Positions 50,675 to 59,556 of a stretch of 64,000 nt of DNA are shown here, in pieces (position 1 is the stretch's first letter; every line of letters begins with the position of its first letter). A program made the position numbers and the translations under genes. This DNA comes from Alphaproteobacteria bacterium (GTDB lineage Bacteria; Pseudomonadota; Alphaproteobacteria; Rickettsiales; JABCZZ01), in contig JABDGA010000002.1 of assembly GCA_013286285.1 (NCBI GenBank), positions 1,349 to 65,348 of the forward strand, read 5' to 3'. Under the pieces are notes generated by a model. The model saw only the letters and a program-made list of their open reading frames with translations, had not been told where the DNA came from and did not search any database.

Positions 50675-51847
50675 TTATGGTGCCCCCGGCGGACTTATCA
50701 TACCACCGATAGCGTATTTAGATAAAATATTTTCTGTCGGATCCCCTGTACCGATAGACCATCCTTTGCTTGTTGGATTGTCATTTTTGTTCCAGATAAC
50801 ATATCCAGCAACACCATTATTAAACGCTGTTTGTAGATTATTATCAAATAAGGCTGCTCGTTGCTGCAAGGTTGCCTCAGTTACCGTACCTCCTGGGCAT
50901 TGACCAGTTGTAGTAACTCCTTCCGCACAAATGCCGACTTCCCCTATAAAAGAAGGCTTATTCAGTGCTTTGCACGCGGCAAGACGGGACTGCAACTGCG
51001 GAGGAAAGGGAAGACTGCCAGTTTTATAACCGTGATACACATCGCATAAGTCAACAGTTCCGCTATTTACACGCTGAAAATCCGATCCTTGCCCGCCGCA
51101 CCAGCTAATCGCTCCCAGGTCCACCATATGGTTATGGTCAACTTGTTTGATTGCTTCTACCATATTATGGGCAAAATTAAATAATGCACTTTCTGCGGTA
51201 GTCTCGGAACAGGAATTGTTGGGGTTTCTTCCATCCGGCTCATTTACCAGTTGATACCAGGCAATAGTCGGTTCGTTCGCATAATGCTGCGCTACTTTTA
51301 CTGCGTAATCATGAAACGATAAAGGATATCCATCGTTTTGCTGGGTATATCCGCTTTGATACCATGACAGGTACTTCATAGTGCTGGAAGGCTCACAATT
51401 TGTCCATTCGTTCACCAGTATGGGAAGTATATAGAGATTATATTTTTTGGCATAACTGACGAAACGGTCAAATGTTGTGAAAGTGGAAGCGTTGTCTCCT
51501 CCCTGAAAAAATGCGACACGCACAATATTGCCCTTTGATGCGTTATGGATTTGTGCAAATACTGTATCAAGCTGGCTATCTGAAGGCCCAGAGCAACCGC
51601 TACCTAACCAGTCGTAATTATAACCGACAGCCCGGAACTCTTGTCCGTTAACCAGAAGATGTGTGCCGGATTTAGTAATAAAACCGCTAATTATCGGCGT
51701 TCCTTGTGCGTCTTGAGAAAAAGCAGAACCTGATAATATTCCCCCTAATAACACCGTCCACGAAAATATACTCACGACGCCTTTACGCATATAACGTAAC
51801 GGATTGTTCTGGAAGAAAAAAACAAAAGACTTAAATATTCCTGGCAT
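50675..51847 (-). CDS. Secreted glycoside hydrolase, GH5-like (beta-mannanase/cellulase type)
   Basis: Acid/base motif 'QLVNEPDG' and nucleophile 'FIGEVG', with a (beta/alpha)8-like spacing. The signal peptide probably starts at the Met at 51790. GC 20/60 at 51421-51480. Confidence 0.7.
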   Translation of the reverse strand: MPGIFKSFVFFFQNNPLRYMRKGVVSIFSWTVLLGGILSGSAFSQDAQGTPIISGFITKSGTHLLVNGQEFRAVGYNYDWLGSGCSGPSDSQLDTVFAQIHNASKGNIVRVAFFQGGDNASTFTTFDRFVSYAKKYNLYILPILVNEWTNCEPSSTMKYLSWYQSGYTQQNDGYPLSFHDYAVKVAQHYANEPTIAWYQLVNEPDGRNPNNSCSETTAESALFNFAHNMVEAIKQVDHNHMVDLGAISWCGGQGSDFQRVNSGTVDLCDVYHGYKTGSLPFPPQLQSRLAACKALNKPSFIGEVGICAEGVTTTGQCPGGTVTEATLQQRAALFDNNLQTAFNNGVAGYVIWNKNDNPTSKGWSIGTGDPTENILSKYAIGGMISPPGAP

Positions 51848-51964
51848 AAATATATCTTAAAAGTTAATAAAAATATACGTATTGGAGAGTATTATTTTGA
51901 TGATAATATCATAAATAAGTTAACTAATCGTTAGTTATAGAGATATTTACTAAACGAATTGCGT

Positions 51965-52879
51965 TTATTGAAATCTGAATGACAAAGCGCAGTTTTGGAT
52001 AGGAGCGTTTTGTAACTGGTATTTCTGAACTGCGGCGCTGCCACCTGCATAGCTGTTATCATAACAGGTTGTATTTGCATATGGAGTTGCCGCTGTTGAT
52101 GAAGCACAATAATCACTACCCCCGGCTCCTTGAGTGAGGCCACCGGCGGGGCCTATATAATTGCTACTGTTCCCAACATCAAAATTTTGATAACAGGCAA
52201 TGACGTTACCCGATTGCGGCAAGCCATCATCGATCTTGCTGTCAATGTTATATGCTTGCTGTACGGTTAGCCCAGGATTAGAGGTTGAATATATGCTGCA
52301 AATAATTTGAGTGACTGAAGAGACGGTATAGTAATTTGTGCCGTTGCCGATGCTGATAACATAGACAAAATTGTTTGTTCCTATCTTTGCGGTTGGAAGC
52401 CATCCGCTTATTTTTGGAGTTGATGTCAAGGTCGTTGTGCTGGAAGTACTTTCGTTGGGATAGCCAGCTCCTATCCCTATATAGGTGTCAATCAGGCCGG
52501 CTGTGCTAAGGTCCTGCCAAAAGATGGCAAGTTCGCCGCTTCCTATAGTGTGATTGCCAACCCCACTTGCATTATTGCTGCAATTACTTTGCAGTATGCC
52601 GTTCCCATCGCCTTCGCCAGGATATTGTCCCCTGGCCTGAAATCCGAAATTACTTGCATAAGGGTCGGGAATATCGCCAGGCAAACCGCCGTATTTACCC
52701 TGAAATGTGTGAAGCGCCGTATTATATTTTTCGATCTGAGCAATTTGTGCCCGCTGTGCGGCGGTGTCTATCAAATCCCGCCCGGTCAAAATCCCACCGA
52801 CAATCAGGCCGATAATGACTAGGACGATGCTTAGTTCGATGAGCGTGAAGCCGGAAGCAGAACAGGCAGTGGGGAGCAT
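51965..52879 (-). CDS. Large type-IV-prepilin-like protein (N-terminal cleavage/methylation motif)
   Basis: 'MLPTACSASG|FTLIELSIVLVIIGLIVGGIL' is a class-III signal: Gly-Phe cleavage site, Glu at +5 and a hydrophobic helix. At 304 aa it is about twice pilin size. The C-terminal region is rich in G/S/T/N/Y with 6 Cys. Confidence 0.75.
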   Translation of the reverse strand: MLPTACSASGFTLIELSIVLVIIGLIVGGILTGRDLIDTAAQRAQIAQIEKYNTALHTFQGKYGGLPGDIPDPYASNFGFQARGQYPGEGDGNGILQSNCSNNASGVGNHTIGSGELAIFWQDLSTAGLIDTYIGIGAGYPNESTSSTTTLTSTPKISGWLPTAKIGTNNFVYVISIGNGTNYYTVSSVTQIICSIYSTSNPGLTVQQAYNIDSKIDDGLPQSGNVIACYQNFDVGNSSNYIGPAGGLTQGAGGSDYCASSTAATPYANTTCYDNSYAGGSAAVQKYQLQNAPIQNCALSFRFQ

Positions 52880-52999
52880 TTCCTAAGTATAGAAAATTCC
52901 CCTAATAAATCAATGTGATTTTCTGATTGACCTAATATCATTAGGGGAGATCGTTTGTCATTCTGAAGTGTAGTTGTTTTCAGCAATGGGGTAGGAGAT

Positions 53000-54928
53000 T
53001 TATTCACTAATCTCCGGTGCCATCCTGCCAGTATTGCGTTTGGGCAGGTAATTGCTGTTTATTGTTTTTACCACTCCTTTTTCTGTGTCAAGAAGATGTA
53101 TGGCATAGGTGGCATGTGTGTTGAAAGACTCCTCGCCATAGGAAAGCAGGATATGCGAGTCAGTGTTGCGGAAAGCCGGGATGGAAGGATCGGCGGCAGC
53201 ACCGGTGATATAAAGCAGTCCGCCCAGAATTTCCGAATGCGCGCCCGCTTTATTATCCAGCACAGTACAGTCCTGCTCAGTCTTGATGCCAAGAATCCAT
53301 AACGGCGCGCCGATATTTGCAATCCGCACTCCCGGTCCTTCTGTGTTAAGCTGGCGTGCCCATACACCCTGGCTGCCTGCTACGGAAACAGTGCCGCAGC
53401 AGGTGTTATCCATGAATGCCTTGCCGCCGCCTGCCGGACGGAGCAAGGTAGTCACGCCCGCGCCGACGACATCGCGTAAATAGAGGGGAGCGCTGCCTGC
53501 GGCTTCTACGGCCACCTGATCGCCCAACCAGCTATTATCGAAGGCGAGTTTTTCGATAATAAGGATATTTTTCATATTATTGGTACGGAACATGCCAAAA
53601 TCACGCCGAAATCCTGAAGGACGCCGGGCAACAGCGTGAATGGTGGAAGTCATGCCGATAATATGCCGCACACTTGGCGGAACAATGATATTATCGCTGA
53701 TAAGGTAGGTGCCGTGCGGAAAATATACAGTTGCTGCACCGGATGCGAACGCCTTGCGGATCGCTCCTGTCGAGTCTTCTTCTGAGTCCGGCTTTGCACC
53801 AAAATGTGTAACACTTACCCATTTTTGCGGAGGCTCGTATGAAGGGGCGGGGGGATATTCCACCGGTAGCGACCATGGGGTCCCTGAAGTTGAAAGCCGT
53901 GTGTTCCCATTATAAACACCGTCCATAACGGCAGGCGGTGTCATGCCCAGCGCTGTTTCATAGCCTTGTATGTGTAGGCTCCGTATGTTCATATAGCCTT
54001 TATTATCAATTGCATTGCTACCTGATGTTGAATTCTCTATCTTTCCGCCTTCTATCACCATCAAGCCGTCCTGTGACAGGTTGACGATTGGCTGGCGTGC
54101 CTGACTGATTGCCAAATCATGGATGGAAAGCACATTATGGTTATTACGCAACCCGATTTCCTGGTTCTTCAGCGCTATAGCTTCCATCGTCACGCCATAT
54201 TCGGTATTGGCGGCGTCAATGCCGATGGTAAAGCCGTCCACCGTAACATTCTGTAATAACGATGGTCCTGGCCATTTGCGGGTCAGTGCAATGCCTGTAC
54301 TTCCGCTGCCGGGGGCAGCGCGCACCAGTACATTGCGTACCGCGCCCATATTATTGGCAAGGTAATCAATGCCGATCGCACCCGGATTATTTTTGCCGGC
54401 GTCAATGGTCATGTTCTCGACGTAGTTCATATAGGCGTCGTTACCTTCGCCTTTGCCGGTATAATCCTTGCCGCCGCTGGTAGGTGTGCCATCGATCAGC
54501 TTCGCTGTCGTAAAGAAGATAGCCTTTGGATTTTCCTGGTTATTATAACCTTCTGCATTATCCTTAAGCCGGATAATGGTGCTGCTTTTATCTTCTCCCA
54601 TAAGAATCGCGCCGCTGCCGAACTTGCCGTTCGGATAACGCTTTTCTATGGAAGATGATACGAGGTAAGTGCCTGAAGGAAAATATACAATTTTGTCTTT
54701 CCAGAAAGAAGGGCCGGTATCGCTGCCGCTTGCGGTAAGCGCGGCCTTTATTGCAGCCGTATCATCCGTAACACCGTCGCCTTTTGCACCAAAATTCCGT
54801 ACGTTAATCGCCCCCGCATCCACCGGAAATACCAGCGCAGCCTGGGAGTCCGTATAGATAAGAACGGATGCCGCTGCGAGTAATCTTAATGCAAATAACA
54901 TACAAATCCCTAAAAATCCCAATGACAT
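53000..54928 (-). CDS. Secreted two-lobed right-handed beta-helix protein (pectate-lyase-3 / GH55-like)
   Basis: 642 aa with a signal peptide. 'INVRNFGAKGDGVTDDTAAIKAAL' is echoed ~350 aa later by 'VSVTHFGAKPDSEEDSTGAIRKAF'. This tandem-lobe layout is what I recall for GH55 beta-1,3-glucanases. Confidence 0.6.
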   Translation of the reverse strand: MSLGFLGICMLFALRLLAAASVLIYTDSQAALVFPVDAGAINVRNFGAKGDGVTDDTAAIKAALTASGSDTGPSFWKDKIVYFPSGTYLVSSSIEKRYPNGKFGSGAILMGEDKSSTIIRLKDNAEGYNNQENPKAIFFTTAKLIDGTPTSGGKDYTGKGEGNDAYMNYVENMTIDAGKNNPGAIGIDYLANNMGAVRNVLVRAAPGSGSTGIALTRKWPGPSLLQNVTVDGFTIGIDAANTEYGVTMEAIALKNQEIGLRNNHNVLSIHDLAISQARQPIVNLSQDGLMVIEGGKIENSTSGSNAIDNKGYMNIRSLHIQGYETALGMTPPAVMDGVYNGNTRLSTSGTPWSLPVEYPPAPSYEPPQKWVSVTHFGAKPDSEEDSTGAIRKAFASGAATVYFPHGTYLISDNIIVPPSVRHIIGMTSTIHAVARRPSGFRRDFGMFRTNNMKNILIIEKLAFDNSWLGDQVAVEAAGSAPLYLRDVVGAGVTTLLRPAGGGKAFMDNTCCGTVSVAGSQGVWARQLNTEGPGVRIANIGAPLWILGIKTEQDCTVLDNKAGAHSEILGGLLYITGAAADPSIPAFRNTDSHILLSYGEESFNTHATYAIHLLDTEKGVVKTINSNYLPKRNTGRMAPEISE

Positions 54929-55000
54929 TAATGCAACAATTGTTATATATAAAGAAGATTAATAAATATAAACGAATGTTAACAATAATTATATATTGAT

Positions 55001-55645
55001 ATGGCGGGATCCCTGGTAACATTACTGCTTTTACGGAAACTCCGTGTGCATTCTCTGGATAAAACCGGATTGAAACATGCTGCGGAAGATCTGGCGGCGC
55101 GTGCGCGCGATTTTTCACCGAATGTTATCATTGGTATCCGCTCCGGCGGTTATCATGTCGCGAAAATCATGGCAGAAACAACACCACAGGCAGCGCTGCT
55201 GGGCATAACCTGCCGCAGGCCTAGCACACAGAAAAAGCAACGCTATTCGATTTTTAAACGCCTGTTGTGTAAATTACCGCATTTTATTACCGATCGGCTG
55301 CGCTTACTTGAGCATATTATTATTACCAGCCTGTGTGTGCCGAAACGCACCGCCCTGATACCAGACGCGGGAGAACTGGCTGCGATAGAGCATACGTTAC
55401 AGCGGGTGGGCGGCGCTGCGCGAATCCTGATTGTAGATGATGCGGTGGATAGTGGCTCTACCATCGCGGCGGTGCATAAGGCGATAAAGAACATTGCCAA
55501 TCCTTCCGCGGTCATTAAGATAGCGGCGATTACCGTCACTACTACCACGCCGTTTATCGAACCGGATTTTTCACTGTACCGTTATGTCCTTTGCCGATTC
55601 CTCTGGTCGCTCGACTCTAAAAGCGGCAGCTGTGCTGATTTTTGA
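55001..55645 (+). CDS. Phosphoribosyltransferase-fold protein (type I PRT motif)
   Basis: 214 aa with PRPP-binding loop 'ILIVDDAVDSGST'. Substrate unknown. Confidence 0.6.
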   Translation: MAGSLVTLLLLRKLRVHSLDKTGLKHAAEDLAARARDFSPNVIIGIRSGGYHVAKIMAETTPQAALLGITCRRPSTQKKQRYSIFKRLLCKLPHFITDRLRLLEHIIITSLCVPKRTALIPDAGELAAIEHTLQRVGGAARILIVDDAVDSGSTIAAVHKAIKNIANPSAVIKIAAITVTTTTPFIEPDFSLYRYVLCRFLWSLDSKSGSCADF

Positions 55646-56300
55646 TCTCGACGGCACCATTCTCTCCGTCAATAGTTTCCATTTCTGGGTACTAACCATG
55701 CTTATAGGCCGATTTGGCGGTCTTTCCTATGGTGAACGTATTGTACTCTCCCTGCGTACTATCCGAACATTAGTGGAACGCAAATTGTTTAGAAAAAGCC
55801 ACTCTGCTATCCGGCAATATCTGCAGGGGGCATGGATGGATGCTTTGGAGAAGGATGCAGGGCAAGCGGCCCTGCTCAGGCTGCACGAAGGCTTAAGGAA
55901 TCGAATCAGGCCGAATCTCAGGAACGTGCTTGATATCGTAGCGGAAGGCAAGGCGGATGCTGTCCTGGCAACAGCAGCGGCGGGTGTATATGCGGAAGGC
56001 TTTGCCCTTAGCCTGGGGTTCCGGCACATCCTTACCACGGATGGCTTAAGCGAAAATTCCGGCGAAAAGAAGCGCGACAGGGTGTTATCACTGCTTGCGG
56101 ATCAGGGATTGCAGCACCGCACGCGGATTTTCTTTACCGATCATGAGGACGATCTGCCGTTGATACGGGAAAGTCATCTCGTCTTATGGTTCGGCAAGTA
56201 TGAAGATATGCAACGGATACGAAAATATGCGCTGGATGTAGAGATTATTCCCTGTGCGCATCTGCCCGGTAATGAAATTATAAGGTTATTAGAGATATGA
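55584..56300 (+). CDS. HAD-superfamily hydrolase
   Basis: 238 aa with motif I 'IFDLDGTI' and C-terminal 'TDHEDD'. Overlaps the PRT gene by 62 nt and the trmFO start by 4 nt. Confidence 0.65.
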   Translation: MSFADSSGRSTLKAAAVLIFDLDGTILSVNSFHFWVLTMLIGRFGGLSYGERIVLSLRTIRTLVERKLFRKSHSAIRQYLQGAWMDALEKDAGQAALLRLHEGLRNRIRPNLRNVLDIVAEGKADAVLATAAAGVYAEGFALSLGFRHILTTDGLSENSGEKKRDRVLSLLADQGLQHRTRIFFTDHEDDLPLIRESHLVLWFGKYEDMQRIRKYALDVEIIPCAHLPGNEIIRLLEI

Positions 56301-57664
56301 AACCGGTTCACATTATCGGCAGCGGGCTGGCAGGCAGTGAAGCGGCATGGCAACTGGCGCAGGCAGGCAGAAGCGTCGTTGTCCACGAGATGCGGCCTAT
56401 CCGCAAGACCGAGGCGCACCAGACGGATAAATGCGCCGAGTTGGTATGCTCGAATTCTTTCCGATCGGATGATTCAGTAAATAACGCCGTAGGGTTGTTG
56501 CATGAAGAGATGCGCCGCGCCGGATCGCTTATCATGCGTGAGGCGGATGCGCATAAGCTGCCTGCAGGATCCGCGCTTGCAGTAGATCGGGAGGGCTTTT
56601 CGCAGGGGGTGACTCAGGCCTTGCAATGCCATCCGTTTATCCGTTTTGAGAGAGAAGAGCTGACTGTGTTGCCGCCGCCGGAATATGGCGACATAATTAT
56701 CGCCACCGGGCCACTGACCTCACAGGCGTTGTCGGATGCTATTTTGTACGCTACCGGCGAGGCCTATCTTTCATTCTTTGACGCTATTGCGCCGATTGTG
56801 CTCAAAGACAGCATCGACATGAACGTAGCATGGTTCCAGTCGCGCTATGATAAAGGCGAGGGGGCGGATTATATCAACTGCCCACTGTCGCAGGAACAGT
56901 ATTATGCGTTTATCGATGCGCTGCTGGATGGACAGAAAACCGAGTTCCGCGAATGGGAGAAAAATACGCCTTATTTTGAGGGTTGCCTGCCCGTGGAAGT
57001 GATGGCGGAACGGGGCAGGGAGACGTTACGGTTTGGCCCCATGAAACCAGTAGGGCTAAAAAATCCGCATCGGGTAGAGCAGCCTTTTGCTGTGGTGCAG
57101 TTGCGTCAGGATAACAAACTCGGCACGCTTTATAATATGGTCGGTTTCCAGACCAAGCTGAAATATGGCGAGCAGCAACGGGTATTGCGGATGATACCGG
57201 GGTTGGAAAACGCTGAATTCGTTCGTCTGGGTGGCCTGCACCGCAATACGTTTATCAACAGCCCTAGGCTTCTGACGGGTGATTTACGCCTTAAAGCCGC
57301 GCTGCATATACGTTTTGCCGGGCAGATTACCGGGGTGGAAGGCTATGTTGAAAGCGCTGCTATCGGGTTGCTTGCGGGCAGGTTTGCCGCCGGTCAGGTG
57401 ACTCCGCCGCCACCCACCACGGCATTAGGCAGCCTGCTGGCACATATTACCGGCGGTGCAGAAAGCAGGCATTTTCAGCCGATGAATATCAATTTTGGGT
57501 TATTCCCGACCTTATCTGGTAAAGTCCGCAAGGATAGACGCGCTGAGCGTATGACTACGCGGGCAAAAGAAGATTTGCAGCAGTGGCTGCGTTCTTCTGT
57601 GGATAGCAATACGGGCAATGTTCATCCTGAACATAGTGCGGTTGTGCTTGATCCGATTGCGTGA
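56297..57664 (+). CDS. trmFO: Methylenetetrahydrofolate--tRNA-(uracil54-C5)-methyltransferase
   Basis: 455 aa with '[16 protein letters not shown]', '[11 protein letters not shown]' and '[16 protein letters not shown]'. Confidence 0.9.
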   Translation: MKPVHIIGSGLAGSEAAWQLAQAGRSVVVHEMRPIRKTEAHQTDKCAELVCSNSFRSDDSVNNAVGLLHEEMRRAGSLIMREADAHKLPAGSALAVDREGFSQGVTQALQCHPFIRFEREELTVLPPPEYGDIIIATGPLTSQALSDAILYATGEAYLSFFDAIAPIVLKDSIDMNVAWFQSRYDKGEGADYINCPLSQEQYYAFIDALLDGQKTEFREWEKNTPYFEGCLPVEVMAERGRETLRFGPMKPVGLKNPHRVEQPFAVVQLRQDNKLGTLYNMVGFQTKLKYGEQQRVLRMIPGLENAEFVRLGGLHRNTFINSPRLLTGDLRLKAALHIRFAGQITGVEGYVESAAIGLLAGRFAAGQVTPPPPTTALGSLLAHITGGAESRHFQPMNINFGLFPTLSGKVRKDRRAERMTTRAKEDLQQWLRSSVDSNTGNVHPEHSAVVLDPIA

Positions 57665-58409
57665 GCGTATGCTCACGTGCGGCGCAGAGGGTAGCTGTCT
57701 GGGAAGCCGCAAGTCCGTGACCGACGGCGATGCGCTCATCAAATACGTAGCATTCACCCTGCCATCTGCTTTCTGATTCGGGTATTTCTTCCAGATATTT
57801 CAGGATGCCGCCTTTCAAGTGGTAGACTTCTTCAAACCCCTGATCGAGCATCCAGGCACTGAATTTTTCGCAACGTATGCCGCCGGTACAGAACGTAGCT
57901 ATTTTCTTATGTTTTGCCGGATCCAGTGTATTACGCACATAGGCGGGCAGTTTCTTGAAGGTACGGATGTCCGGATTGTGCGCACGCTCAAACGTGCCAA
58001 GATGCACTTCATAGCGGTTGCGGGCGTCGATAATGATGGTTTCAGGATCGTCGATCAAGGCATTCCATTCATGCGCGCTGACATAAGTTCCCACTTTCTT
58101 CAGCGAGACTTTTTCCCCGATGGAAATTGTCTCTTTTTTCAGACGAACCTTGGTGCGCTTGAAAGGCTTAGTCTCACAGAAACTTTCCTTATAGTCAAAG
58201 TCACTTTTGATGACATCGTTTTTGAGATAGGCAAGGAATTCGTGCATCGCCTGCCTGCTGCCCGCAATGGTGCCGTTAATGCCTTCCGGGGTGATCAAGA
58301 GCGAGCCGCAGATGGATCTGGCAGTAAGCTCTTCCAGCAGTGGTGCGCGCATGCGTTCAAAGTGGGGGAAGTCAAAAAAATGATATAATGCGGCGACGAC
58401 AAAAGACAT
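57555..58409 (-). CDS. trhO: Rhodanese-domain tRNA uridine(34) hydroxylase (UPF0176/YceA)
   Basis: 284 aa with 'AALYHF' and rhodanese active-site loop '[10 protein letters not shown]'. Confidence 0.8.
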   Translation of the reverse strand: MSFVVAALYHFFDFPHFERMRAPLLEELTARSICGSLLITPEGINGTIAGSRQAMHEFLAYLKNDVIKSDFDYKESFCETKPFKRTKVRLKKETISIGEKVSLKKVGTYVSAHEWNALIDDPETIIIDARNRYEVHLGTFERAHNPDIRTFKKLPAYVRNTLDPAKHKKIATFCTGGIRCEKFSAWMLDQGFEEVYHLKGGILKYLEEIPESESRWQGECYVFDERIAVGHGLAASQTATLCAAREHTLTQSDQAQPHYVQDEHCPYCYPQKNAATAANLLLPA

Positions 58410-58436
58410 AGCGTATTTTTATCCGTACAAGATTAG

Positions 58437-58578
58437 AGCGTGTCCTCAATTACTACTATCGCTTGCTACAAACAACGATTATCGCGCTTCCGGTGCTCAC
58501 GTACTTTAACGTACGCTCCGCGCCGGTTCTCATAATCCGTTGTTTTCACTGGCGCGCTAGCGTAATTGAGGACACGCT
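58437..58578. repeat. MITE-like long imperfect palindrome, element 1 (17-bp perfect terminal inverted repeats)
   Basis: agcgtgtcctcaattac (58437-58453) pairs with gtaattgaggacacgct (58562-58578). The interior arms also pair (acaaacaacgattat / ataatccgttgtttt). The centre is 'ctcacgtactttaacgtacgctc'. Confidence 0.7.
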
Positions 58579-58579
58579 G

Positions 58580-58728
58580 TAGACTTCCCCTGCAACTCTT
58601 CTGCACCGGAAAATCTGCTTGGAAATTCCATACTCAAAACTCACGTACTTCCTTGTACGCTCAAGTTTCTCCCTGCGAAGAATTTCCTTCGCGCTTTTCT
58701 CGCCGCAGCGAGTTTGAAAGAAAGTCTA
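58580..58728. repeat. MITE-like long imperfect palindrome, element 2 (diverged relative of element 1)
   Basis: tagactt...aagtcta ends. The arms caactcttctgcaccggaaaa and ttttctcgccgcagcgagtttg pair imperfectly. The centre 'ctcacgtacttccttgtacgctc' shares the element-1 core. Confidence 0.6.
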
Positions 58729-58783
58729 TTAGATTGCAGCCTATATCACCCTATTCGCTATTTTCAATCAAAAGGAGTCTTTT

Positions 58784-59446
58784 ATGGGAAATAATCCCTT
58801 TCTTCCCGAACATGTGGAACGCTACGTCACCGGCACTGTCACCCGCGAATTGCCCGTGCAGAAACGCTTGAGGGAAGCCACCCGCCAGATGCCGCAGCAT
58901 GTCATGCAGATCTCGCCGGATGAAGCAGCGTTCCTTGCCATGATGGTACGGACGATAAATGCCCGTAGCATACTGGAGATCGGTACTTTTACCGGGTATA
59001 GCGCCTTGGCAATGGCGCTGGTGCTTCCTGCAGGCGGCAAGTTGGTGGCATGTGACATCAGCAAGGGGTGGACGGATATCGGAAGGCGTTACTGGCGTGA
59101 AGCAGGAGTGGAGGAGAAGATTGAACTCCGGCTTGGGCCGGCGCAGGATACGCTTGCCGAATTGCTGGCAGAGGGCAGGGAAGATAGTTTTGATTTGGCA
59201 TTCATCGATGCCGATAAAACCGGGTATGATGGCTATTACGAAGCCTGTCTGAAACTGGTACGGCCCGGCGGCATGATTGCATTTGATAATATGCTCTGGG
59301 GAGGGGCGGTGGCCGATTTGACGGAACACGATGTTGATACGGAAGCTTTGCGCACGCTAAACCTGAAAATCCATAACGATATGCGTGTGGATAGCTGCTT
59401 GCTTACCCTTGCGGACGGAGTTATGCTGGCGCGCAGACGCGAGTAG
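58784..59446 (+). CDS. Class I SAM-dependent O-methyltransferase (caffeoyl-CoA OMT-like, family 3)
   Basis: 220 aa with 'ILEIGTFTGYSAL' and 'FDLAFIDADK..Y'. Confidence 0.85.
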   Translation: MGNNPFLPEHVERYVTGTVTRELPVQKRLREATRQMPQHVMQISPDEAAFLAMMVRTINARSILEIGTFTGYSALAMALVLPAGGKLVACDISKGWTDIGRRYWREAGVEEKIELRLGPAQDTLAELLAEGREDSFDLAFIDADKTGYDGYYEACLKLVRPGGMIAFDNMLWGGAVADLTEHDVDTEALRTLNLKIHNDMRVDSCLLTLADGVMLARRRE

Positions 59447-59465
59447 GCCTTTATTTTTCCACATT

Positions 59466-59546
59466 CTAGTGTACCGTCCCATGCAGTGCTTTACCTAATG
59501 GCTTATGCCATAGTCTGTAGGCAGCATGGGACGAAAGGTACACTAG
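59466..59546. repeat. Long intergenic hairpin A
   Basis: ctagtgtacc/ggtacactag and gtcccatgc/gcatgggac arms. The apex is atggc-ttat-gccat. Confidence 0.6.
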
Positions 59547-59556
59547 CCATTATAAT

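Noticed and set aside
58460-58510. A possible tmRNA tag-like reading frame ('ATNNDYRASGAHVL*') and a structured RNA in the trhO-OMT spacer.
   Set aside because: The peptide does not end in the usual hydrophobic 'AA' tail, and no tRNA-like acceptor/T-arm is nearby. The whole segment is one arm of a long palindrome, so a MITE-like repeat explains it better.
58566-58871. 101-aa plus-strand ORF upstream of the O-methyltransferase; likewise ORF 46915-47169 across repeat copy 2.
   Set aside because: Both are generated by reading through palindromic repeat elements. The translations are the kind of Arg/Ser/Cys-rich artefacts such repeats typically give, and there is no RBS.
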